A stretch of DNA of 37,387 nt from Hyphochytrium catenoides (Eukaryota; Protista; Hyphochytriomycota). Below the pieces are notes generated by a model. That model was given only the letters and a program-made list of their open reading frames with translations, was not told the DNA's origin and searched no databases. This document shows positions 1 through 9,086 of the stretch, in pieces. Made by a program: the position numbers and the translations under genes. The stretch lies in contig FLMG01003845.1 in the NCBI GenBank assembly GCA_900088475.1, forward strand, positions 1 to 37,387, read 5' to 3'. Every line of letters begins with the position of its first letter. Position 1 is the stretch's first letter.

Positions 1-40
1 AAGCTTCAGGCATTGCCACCCATCTCTGTAAAGTTCATCA

Positions 41-287
41 GAGAGTTCTCTACTTATAAGCCCAACTGGGGTCCCATAAACTAGAGCTATTCTGACTATG
101 CCAACTATCCCTAATATAGTCTAAGGTATGGAGTTATAGAGATATCCCTGTCTAGAATAGTCAGTCCTGGAGGTATCCTGGGGTACTGACCATAAGCCAT
201 AGATATAACAGGGACATTTCCTTTACTTCATATCTCGGCTCTACTGGGAGTTTAGAGCTGAAACTTTGGTGGTTAAGCTTGCCATCT
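41..287 (+). repeat. Left arm of long inverted repeat
   Basis: Manual alignment to the reverse complement of ~1275-1522 shows scattered substitutions and small indels. Confidence 0.92.
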
Positions 288-1274
288 TTTAATCCGCATA
301 GCTGTGCCCTCAGACTCCAACAGGAAGCAGTGTACGAAAATGAGTGAGTGGGCTGTAACGGCTTCGGGCGACAATCTGCTAAGATGGCTGCGGCGGAGGT
401 GTAGTACAGACCAGCTTTAGTCTCCCACTCTCTACCTTCTTTTACAGGACATAATGCTTGACGTCTACTGTGCCTTCTGTTACCTAGATTCCGTCTAGAG
501 TTGATTAGCACAGAGTTGTTCTCTCTGGTCACCAGTGTGACACTTAGCACTTGTTTGCCACGTTGCTTTTTCTCAACTGAAATGACATTAGCTCTTTACC
601 AGTACGAAGTGTCGTCTGCCTAAAGTGTTATGTTCTATCTACTCAGGTAAGTGCAATCTCCTCTGTCTTCTTAGTGTAGCTCTTCTTGTTGGTATCCTTG
701 CCTAGATTGCCACAGTCCGGGTGGGCTCTCAGTCATGCTCTTGATATACTTTAGCCTAGGGTCCATTATTGGAGAGGTGGGTAGTCTCCTATCTGAGAGA
801 TGGATGGAGTGCTCTTTAACCCAGACTGAGTATACTACGCTGGGTTGGGTAGGCAGCGAAGTCTGATCCTGCTTCCCAGATCAGACTTAGTCGCCTAAAT
901 AAAGTACCACAGAAACCTCTGTTTGTGACAATAGTTACACCTTCGAACTTGGTCGTGCACTCTTGTTGTCCCAGCTATTAGTAATGGGCAACTGGTGCGA
1001 GAAGGCCAGCTGCTCAGGAAAACGCGGCGACGCTCTGCGACCTGGCTCGTCGACCAATGAGAGACACATTCCGCTCTGGTAGGTGTAGAGGAGGGCGCGG
1101 AGATTGTTTTTTGACCCACGCAAAAGCACCGTCTTTTAGACTTAGGAACTATCATCTCTTTCTAGCGGGTCTACAGCATGCGGGGAGGTGTTGAATGTTC
1201 AGCTTCGACCCTTCATAATAGGGAGTTCGAGCTGCGGGGAGGTGTTGGAGAATGAGGGCACAGCTATGTGTACA

Positions 1275-1522
1275 AGCTGCCAAGCTTAACTACCCAAGTT
1301 TCAGCTCTAAACTCCCAGTAGAAGCCGTGATATGAAGCAAACGAAATGTTCCTGTCTATATCTATGGCTTATGGTCAGTACCCCGGAATACCTTCAAGAC
1401 TGACTGTTCTAGACACGGATTTCTCTATGACTGAATTCTTAGGGTTTATTAGGAATAGTTGGCATAGTCAGAATAGCTCTAGATTATGGGACCCCAGTTT
1501 GGCTTATAAGTAGAGCACTCTC
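1275..1522 (-). repeat. Right arm of long inverted repeat
   Basis: Reverse complement of ~41-287, seen directly. Confidence 0.92.
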
Positions 1523-1599
1523 ATCTAATGACATTGTCCAATCATCCCATATAATCCAACATTATCTGTGAATGACTTGGGGCGTAGCCGAGTCACTAG

Positions 1600-1900
1600 C
1601 CCAATCACATCAGCCCGCCGTCAGAGTTGAACAGGAGTACCCGATCTTAGACACATGAGAAGTACCTTTGGGTGACACAGTCATCGTCGGTCCGTTCCCG
1701 GTAGTACGTATTATCTCTTCTATGGCATATCGTCTCTCCCTGCCCCACCACACCGAGGGGGGTCAGCCCCAACCACAATGCATCGTAGGAATAAGAGGCC
1801 ATGGGGTGACACATGCTGACGAATTTTAAGTGATTCTGAGCACAGTATGGCACGGTGAAGCAGGAGGAGTAATCAGAATCAGTATGTCCCCCGAAGGATT
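1600..1900 (-). pseudogene. Possible relic of a Ty3/gypsy (chromovirus-like) integrase C-terminus/chromodomain
   Basis: One minus frame with stops reads LITPPASPCHTVLRIT*...*PPSVWWGRERRYAIEEIIRT. This loosely resembles L.LP....HPVFHVS.LK followed by PPP...GE..YEVE.IL. Motif resemblance only. Confidence 0.25.
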
Positions 1901-2962
1901 AGCAGGCACCGAGCTAAGACTATCTAGTTGACGTTGTTGCCAGAACGCAGAAAGCTCTTCTGCAGATTTTGTAGATAGACTGCGCTGGCAAAGGCAACAA
2001 TCAGGTCTACAAAGCACTACCGAAGATCGACAAAGCGTGTAAGAAATAGACGAACCGTGTTATTGACTAGGTTGTTTCTGTAACTGGATTGCAAAAAACG
2101 ACTGACTCCCGACAGAGCTGTAGGAAAAAGCTCCTCTTCCTTCATCTCCTCCTCTGTCCACCATTACTGATGAACTTTCCAGATAATCCCTCTTTAGCTC
2201 CTCTCCGCCGTGTGCTTCTCTGCTACTCCCAGAAGCGTCTATGGCCTTCTTCTTTCTCTCTTTACGTTTTCTCTCTTACTCCCTACTAGACCTACCTGGG
2301 GCAGCTCATCCCCACTATTCTTCTTCCCCGGGTTCATATGCAGGCACTGACTTTTCCCATCCCTTATCTACTACAGATAGAACAGGGGCTTCTTGTCCGT
2401 TTCTGCTTCGAGTCCAAGAGAGAACTCTACCGCCTCACAGAGTCTGAACCAATTGAGAGTCTGTTACACAAGGAACCCGCACCTCAGCGCGGTTGAGGAG
2501 GAGGAGGAGAGTCTTGCGCAGCAAGGGAGAGAATGTAAGGAGCACGTCTTAGTAGCTCCTCTACTACCTTTACCTCGTAGCCTTCTAGTTCTAGCTTCAG
2601 TACATATATTTTCCAGTCACTTCTCTTACCGTCATGCGCTTCTCTTACAATAATGCCCGAACAGTCAACAATCAATTTTATCAGACTGCACAAGAACCTA
2701 GTTCCGCCTGTCGTCTTAGGGCGAAACTGGAAATTGACTGTTCTACGTCGGTTTTCAGAGGTCTACTAGCATAGGAAAATGACCCTTGGTGGCCATCAGA
2801 AGGCTTCATTGTCGGCTTATTGATGCGTATCCTTTTGGCGATCTATCTACATCTGAAGAATAAGGTCAACAAAAATACAGCGTAGATAGAGGAACTGTCG
2901 TCTCGTTTTTTATGGCAGCAAGGCATCGACGAGTGGAACGTCCAATGTCCCCTTCTCGTAAG

Positions 2963-5785
2963 TCAAGGCTTACGGGTGACCGCTCCGGTGCGAGAAGAAG
3001 GCGAGTGCGAATGTGTTGCAACCTTCATCGCCGACGGTTCAATCTTCTCTCTCAAATTTTTGCATTCGAAGAGGGATGCTCGGAATGATCTATCGATCTC
3101 ATAAGAGACCGAGCCTCCGATGAAATATAGCGGCTGTGTTCCTGCTCTATACCTTCTTCCATCCTCGTAACTCTTGTGTCCATTACTACGTGCTGGTGGA
3201 TGTGAGCCAGAGGACGATGAAGAATCTTCACCGTTGGATACCTGAGTGGAGAGATCGGGAGAAGGGGTAGAAGAAGTGCCAGAGCTCACCAGCAGGTGGT
3301 AAAGAAGGGGGAGAGAGAAGATAAGAAGAGAAGTTTGTCTCGCAATGATGAAAGTGTCTGTTCTGATGCTGAGGATGTAGTGCAGTGCTGTGTGTCTCTC
3401 GTGTATTTCTGCGTCCTCGCCCGTTGCACCCCTGTCATCCTTTTGAAGCTCGTCGCCTGCTGCCCGGCTAATTTCGAGAAGAGTTCTGAAGCGCAAAGAG
3501 AGGTTTTTCTCCTCTATGAAGGTGAAGGAAAAGAGAAACCAACATTGAATGGCTAGTAGAGGAATGAGAAGAGCCAGTCCAGTGAACCGCTTGCTTAACC
3601 GAGCGGTTAGCGGGGGAGGTAGTATTAAGACCGTATCTTCAGCTTTCCATGTCTCATCACAATTCACTGTTCCCTTCCACTTTGTTCCGACCTTTCTTCC
3701 TTCTTTGTCTGCCGTCGTGAGCCCCATCCTGTCGTGTGCTCCAATAGAAATGGCACTTCTTTCTTCCTCTTTGCAAGCCTCTGTCGCGGACCCCTCTTTT
3801 TGTCTTTGATGGGTCTCATCACTTTCTTTTCTTTGCTTCCCTCTGTCCGCGTGGTGCTTCTTGCTAGTACTATTTTGTTTCCGTTCTTCTGTGGCTCTCT
3901 GTCTTCTTCTCTCTTCAACTGGCGGAGTTTCATCAGGGGAAGAAGCGGGAAGAATGGCGTCGCTGAGGAGAGATGCAATGTAGAGAGATAACCAACCAAG
4001 CGATGGAAGACACCGCTCGTCGTATTCGAAGGCGTCCGCCAAGGAGAGAGACAAAGCAGTCGCCTGCCCTGCCAAGAACCAGACGTCAAACGAAGAGGTC
4101 AAGAGAAGGAGAAGAAGAGATATGTTCCATTCCGTAATGAAGAAGAAGACAGAGGTAAGGCTCCAGGCCAGAGCTAGACTCGACACGAGGGGCGAGAGCC
4201 AGCTAAGAATTGAAGGGGAGAGAAAGAAGAAAGTTGAGACGAAGAGGGGACAGGAAGATGAGGGGGAGTCGGAACCTCTTTTCAAGCTCCCCAACCAGAA
4301 GGCGAGAGGAAGAAGACAGCTAGTGCCAAGTAAGATAAAGGACCGGACGACATAACTGTACCAGTGGTGCTTTCTGTCCTCTTTCTCTATACTCTCACTT
4401 TGTGCCTTCCTTTCCCTCGATGCCGTTCTCTCAGGGCTTTCTAACCTACTTCCCTCTTTCCTCCCTTGGAACTCATGATTACCAGCTGCAAGTTCTCCCT
4501 CCGTCCTTCCTCCTCTCACAGGGACAACCTTTTTCTTCGTAGTAGGCGCACATGAGAGGTAGGAGAAGAACGGGAAAAAGGAACCTCGGGCTGAGCTGGA
4601 TTTGACTAACGGTCCTTGCTCCAGGATTTCCCGCTGAGGGTTGGAGAGTGAAGTTTTCCCTTCGTCTTTGACTTCGGATTGGGCTCTCAATCTTTTCCTA
4701 GTGAAATGGCTGAAAACTGTGTCGCGGCGGTCAATCCTAAGATCTGCTGACCAAGAGATAAGCAGTGGGACCGATGAATCCTTTCCAATATCATCGATTC
4801 TTTCTATCTTAGTCCAATCCTGGCTATATCTCTCTTTTTGTTGTCCAATCCCGGAGAGAGGCCTGAGGACCAAGGGCCAATGGATGGCCGAACATTGGAA
4901 TACCCTTGACCGATGCCTTTCTCCTCTCAACTTTGAACGAGAACAGGCACTGCCCTCAACGTCTGTTATTTTAGCTTCCTCATCAGGTGGTGGTCTCTTC
5001 TCGGTCCTCCCGGTCAGCTTCCGCTTCCTCCCTATAGCTCTTCGCAGCACCTTCTGCACCAAAGGAGAGGAATAGAAGAGTGGAAGTAAGAAAAGAAAGT
5101 GCGTCGCTCCTGCTTGGAGTAGTATATCCTCCGCGGTAAGCCGCCTTTCTCCAACTTTCCAGCTCAGGCTTACAGCTCCCTGAAGCTCTCCTAGCATAGC
5201 CCTGATCGTCACTGTGCAGAGAAGAAGGAGAGACGAGAGAAACCCGACAACAGATAGGGGAGAACGGAACACAAAGTGCAGTGCATTATCTAGCAGCCCG
5301 CCCACGACGAGGACGCTGACAGCTGTGCAGAGAAGTGGAGTCCCTCTTTCTTTCTCGAGGAGTACGGCCACTGTAGTCCAGAAGAGAAGAAGCACGCCGC
5401 CAAATGCCCAGAATTGAGGGCTTTTCAGAACCATTGAAGCTAACATTGGGTTGAGAAAGAGCAAAAACTGGAAGTTGACGGGAAGAGTAAATAGTAGAGA
5501 CAAGAGAGAGAGAAAAGAGCCCTCTGCCTTCCCGACGAAGAAGAGAGCTAGACACGAGCTAATTCCCCCGTTCCAGAGAATTGCCGTCAGCCTTCCTAGC
5601 CATTTGTGCCGTAGGAGAAAGAGAAGAGCGCGGCGATGTGCCTCCCTCCCTTTTACGATGGAGAGAAGAGACTCTCCAAAGTCTACTTTCTTCTCTGCCT
5701 CCCACAAAGGGACGAGTGCCCATATGTCCTTCTCCATCTCTTCGGTTTCCCTCTCGTCGGTCTCTGATAGGCTCGGCTCTGTCAT
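2963..5785 (-). CDS. 940-aa polytopic membrane protein of unknown function, uninterrupted ORF with two related TM modules
   Basis: 2.8-kb stop-free ORF from ATG 5785. Hydrophobic clusters are separated by charged low-complexity loops. Repeated pattern: LLFLNPMLASMVLKSPQFW...LLDNAL vs TEWNISLLLLLLTSSFDVWF...LLSDAI. Confidence 0.8.
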   Translation of the reverse strand: MTEPSLSETDERETEEMEKDIWALVPLWEAEKKVDFGESLLSIVKGREAHRRALLFLLRHKWLGRLTAILWNGGISSCLALFFVGKAEGSFLSLLSLLFTLPVNFQFLLFLNPMLASMVLKSPQFWAFGGVLLLFWTTVAVLLEKERGTPLLCTAVSVLVVGGLLDNALHFVFRSPLSVVGFLSSLLLLCTVTIRAMLGELQGAVSLSWKVGERRLTAEDILLQAGATHFLFLLPLFYSSPLVQKVLRRAIGRKRKLTGRTEKRPPPDEEAKITDVEGSACSRSKLRGERHRSRVFQCSAIHWPLVLRPLSGIGQQKERYSQDWTKIERIDDIGKDSSVPLLISWSADLRIDRRDTVFSHFTRKRLRAQSEVKDEGKTSLSNPQREILEQGPLVKSSSARGSFFPFFSYLSCAPTTKKKVVPVRGGRTEGELAAGNHEFQGRKEGSRLESPERTASRERKAQSESIEKEDRKHHWYSYVVRSFILLGTSCLLPLAFWLGSLKRGSDSPSSSCPLFVSTFFFLSPSILSWLSPLVSSLALAWSLTSVFFFITEWNISLLLLLLTSSFDVWFLAGQATALSLSLADAFEYDERCLPSLGWLSLYIASLLSDAILPASSPDETPPVEERRRQRATEERKQNSTSKKHHADRGKQRKESDETHQRQKEGSATEACKEEERSAISIGAHDRMGLTTADKEGRKVGTKWKGTVNCDETWKAEDTVLILPPPLTARLSKRFTGLALLIPLLAIQCWFLFSFTFIEEKNLSLRFRTLLEISRAAGDELQKDDRGATGEDAEIHERHTALHYILSIRTDTFIIARQTSLLIFSLPLLYHLLVSSGTSSTPSPDLSTQVSNGEDSSSSSGSHPPARSNGHKSYEDGRRYRAGTQPLYFIGGSVSYEIDRSFRASLFECKNLREKIEPSAMKVATHSHSPSSRTGAVTRKP

Positions 5786-6981
5786 CTTTGGTCATTTTCC
5801 TCCTTCCTTTTCTCGTGCTCAAAAAGACCCTTTTGTGGTGTGGAGACAGATGTCATTTCCTCCTCTTCACACTGTCGCACTCATCCTCTCGCTCTAAGCA
5901 GCCCAGGACGAGTCTATCGGTTGATGGTCCATGATGGAGAGAAAGAGCGAACCATGCATTAGGGTTTTGGGAACTGATGGGTGTCACCGCCTCCTGATGG
6001 CCTCAGACGATGAGGAAGAAGGAGAAGAACAGGTTGAGCAACGTGATTGTCGATAATAGGGAAGACGGTAAAGGAGGCAAAAAGGTGGAGAACGAGGTCG
6101 AAGGAGAGCAGCGTGGGCCACCGCCATCAGAAGGCAAGGAGGGTTCAGAGAGTACAAATAATAACAACTGCGGGAGGAAGGGACAAGACACAGACTAAGA
6201 AGGTCCTGGAGTTAAAGGAGAGAGATGCATAAAGGACGACTGCTTCTCTTCCTCTTCTGAGGGTGAAAGAGAGCAAGAAGATCCTCCAGAAGAAAAGGAA
6301 AGGAAAGGACGAAGGGCGGCAAATATGATGAAAAAGTAAGGACCGACTCACAACGGTAAGGAAGGCGGCAGCAGATAGAAGAGAGAAGACGAGGAGTGCA
6401 GGACGAGAGACCGGGAAGCGGCGCAACAACTTCGGGAAGGAGGAGTTCGCTCAGGAGGAGGAGGATGATGGGCCCGCCATACAGACAGCTCAACAGCAGC
6501 AGAGGAACGGCAGAAGACAAGCCAGTCAGAAGAACACGAAACGGCAGTTATCTTCTCAGAGCAGCGGCAGCACAGTATTAATGCGTCCTTGAGAATTATT
6601 CTGGATACATAACAGAGATATAATCTACACTACTGTATGTTCACATCACTGTACATAAGTACATTGCTGTCGAGTCGGAATATAGGGCTATTGTATTCGG
6701 AACATGACTTCAGAACCAAGATCCTCCCTTTACAAAGCGACATCTTCATCTTAATGTAGGTTCCTGACAGCTGGGGCTCTGTAACGGAAAAAGGCAGGAG
6801 GACTAAGAAAGGAGGAGTATCCTCTTTCTCTCCCCAGTCCCGGGCACGTCCGTCCTCCTCTCGGGCATGGGGTACGGCAGCTCATTGTAGAGAATGAGAG
6901 AACAAGAGGCAGTGACATCATTGGATCAAGAGGAGTGTGGAAACACAGCGATACCACCGACGGCACGAATCATCGTTCAGG

Positions 6982-7900
6982 ATGACTTCAATGAGCATGG
7001 ACAGCGACAGAGATAAGCGTCGATGGACTGAGAGGATGGCTCCACTTTCGGTACATGCAGCTGCGGCACTAGCAGAGCAGCATACCTTGTCATCTTTAAG
7101 ACCCAGCAAGTAACTCTTGATGGACGACGTAGTAGAATCTTCAGCGTTAGGCTTATAAATCAAAAGAAAGGAAGAAGAGAATAACCAGTATAGGAGCCTA
7201 GTCAAAGAGTAAGAGTGATAGGTAAAGAAGATGGGAAGATAGCAGCATGTCCTTTCTTTGGATGCACTTTAGCCTGGGAGAGAGGCTGCATTCCTCTGTA
7301 ACGGAGAGAGATGAGAAAGAAGCAAGTGCTAAACAAATTAGGGAAGGGAAGGGTGATTTTGGAGTCCGAGGCAGTTCTAGAGGCAGCGCAACAGGCACCA
7401 ATTAATAGGATAACTTGGCTGTAGGCAAATGGTCAGATGTATCTGTATGTAAGCGAAGTTCAAGGCTCATTTCTATCCTGCTCCGACTGCCTAAACGTAA
7501 AGCAAGCAGTGCTCTCTCTCTCTCTGGAACCCAGGTCTAACCTGGCGCCTCCATTATGGAGCTAGGCTGCTTTCTACCATCTGCCGCCTCTATATCATCC
7601 CATGCGGCCACAAGTAGCGCAAGATTGGCTAGGGGAATGTCGTCCAAACAGTACTATTTAGAGTATATCTACAGGAGAGCAATCCGTAGTACTTTATCCA
7701 CAAGGAAGAACTGATGAACCTGGCGCCGTCCCTTATGGAGCTAGCCTGCCTTCTACCATCTGCCGCCTCTATATCATCCGAGGAGATGACAAGTAGCCTA
7801 GAATTGGCTAGGGGGGAAACGTCGTCTGAACCGTACTATTTAGAGTATATATATGTCGGAGAACAATCTGTGGTAGTTTATCTACAAGGAAGAGCTGATG
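6982..7900 (+). mobile_element. Degenerate hAT-type (DUF659-like) transposase relic
   Basis: The plus frame at ~7012-7070 reads DKRRWTERMAPLSVHAAAAL (cf. IDKRW...PLHAAA). 7714-7900 reads APSLMELAC...SS...YLE...VVVYLQ, resembling the hAT dimerisation-domain pattern AP.L..LA......SS..ERNWS...RLE...LVY. Many stops and frameshifts. Confidence 0.4.
7539..7900 (+). repeat. Two-copy diverged tandem duplication, period 178 bp (7539-7716 / 7717-7900)
   Basis: Both copies start aacctggcgcc, share ttctaccatctgccgcctctatatcatcc and gtactatttagagtatat, and end caaggaaga.ctgatg. Confidence 0.93.
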
Positions 7901-8093
7901 ATGGAAATAGCATAAGTTCTAAGAAGGAGGATGATAAACAGCTAGCAGATGAAAGCAGGCGCAGTGCGACCGGAGAAGAGGATCCACAACATAGATGAAG
8001 CAGCTCTAAAAGTGAAGTCTGAAGAAAGAAAAGTCCATTCTACCTCATGAACGGGTGGAGTGAGAAGCACAGCTGTACCATCACAGCCTTCTT

Positions 8094-9086
8094 TTAGGCG
8101 GCAGCGACTGGCTGCACCGGCACTACTGCAGTCGAGGTATAAGCAGAAGACTCTGTAGAAGTTCCTTCTGAGTCTTCCATCTCCCTTCCATTCTTATACA
8201 CTGTTGGAGAAACAGCAATTGGTTCTGTCTCTTGGTTACATCTCGCTGCCTCATCCTCTGTCATTAAATTCTTTTTCTTCCTATGGAAGCAGTCCCACGG
8301 CGATCTGGTTCTCTTGTCCTTTCTGATGAGGATCGCCGCCAGGCCGTGCTGAGGGAGAACTTGTCCCGCCTCCCCTTCTCCCTGTTCCGGGTGGTAACAC
8401 AGCGGTCTGTTCTCATCGACCCACTTGTAGAAACAACCTTTCAACACCTTCACGCGGGTAAAGCCCTGGGTAATAAGCCGGCGAGCAAGAACCCCTGCAC
8501 GAAGTCCCATGGCGTCGTAGACTATAAGCTGCGGGTAGTTGTCCTTTGTGAAATCGGAAAAGCCATCCGGAGCCCAGTCGGGGCAGTAGGTGCACTTGTG
8601 AAACGGCCGGCACTGCGCTTGCCAGTTAGGAGGAGTGATGAAGAGCGATTTCTTGGAACGGAGAGGATAGTGATTGACTGCCCCTTGAATGTGCCCAGCA
8701 TAGAACTCATCAGCCCTCCTTGCGTCCACTAAGAGGATTTGAGAAGAGAGAGGTGTTGCTGAAGTCGGAGATAAGGCTCTCTCCCGGTCTTGGTTTTGCA
8801 GTAGTTGGAAGAGCTCCGCAGTAGATATCCTCTCTAGCCCTATATCCATAAGGTCGACGATGGCCTGGGATATGCCGCGAAGGAGGCGGCGAGGGCGAGA
8901 GGAGAGACCTTTGCTATACCCCTCAGGCTTCTCTGAGTCCACGAAGGTAACATCGGGAGGATGCGAGTGCGAGGGTGGCGGAGGAGAGATGAGGCTCTGC
9001 TCTTCTTCTTTCCGAGGTATTCCTTTGCTATTGAGGTCATAGCTTTCCGCCTCGCATTGGAAGTGCTGACTCGCGTTACCTGTCAT
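8094..9086 (-). CDS. Rhodanese-like domain protein (probably non-catalytic, Cys-to-Asp), ~330 aa
   Basis: Motifs ILLVDARRADEFYAGHIQGAVN...QLIVYDAMGLRAGVLARRLITQGFTRVKVLKGCFYKW. The first in-frame ATG is at 9086. The track start at 9194 is GTG, with an in-frame stop at 9249-9251. The true 5' end is uncertain. Confidence 0.8.
   Translation of the reverse strand: MTGNASQHFQCEAESYDLNSKGIPRKEEEQSLISPPPPSHSHPPDVTFVDSEKPEGYSKGLSSRPRRLLRGISQAIVDLMDIGLERISTAELFQLLQNQDRERALSPTSATPLSSQILLVDARRADEFYAGHIQGAVNHYPLRSKKSLFITPPNWQAQCRPFHKCTYCPDWAPDGFSDFTKDNYPQLIVYDAMGLRAGVLARRLITQGFTRVKVLKGCFYKWVDENRPLCYHPEQGEGEAGQVLPQHGLAAILIRKDKRTRSPWDCFHRKKKNLMTEDEAARCNQETEPIAVSPTVYKNGREMEDSEGTSTESSAYTSTAVVPVQPVAAA

Larger units (their letters stand above)
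39..1526 (-). mobile_element. Degenerate, internally deleted TIR DNA-transposon relic (hAT-like remnants) bounded by ~245-bp inverted repeats
   Basis: ~41-287 aligns to the reverse complement of ~1275-1522 (e.g. ctagagctattctgactatgccaactat; ggggtactgaccataagccatagatata; ctactgggagtttagagctgaaactt). The minus-strand interior has, in order and across frameshifts, RCNYCHK (928-939, BED-finger-like), MDPRLK (749-766, like hAT LDPRFK) and RRSHLSRLSPEAV (~357-395, like the hAT C-terminal R.RL.P..V). No TSD found. Confidence 0.55.

Noticed and set aside
5959-5968. ttagggtttt (telo-box/telomere-like word), also near 1438
   Set aside because: Isolated single units, expected by chance in 37 kb.
7539-7900. 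178-bp period as a centromeric satellite or CRISPR-like array
   Set aside because: Only two copies, no repeat-spacer structure, and no cas genes in a eukaryotic context.
7705-7925. CTGATGA at the end of each 178-bp unit as a hammerhead ribozyme or C/D snoRNA core
   Set aside because: The first has no downstream GAAA. The second has only 2 nt between CTGATGA and GAAA and no convincing stems I/III. No paired C/D boxes with a terminal stem.
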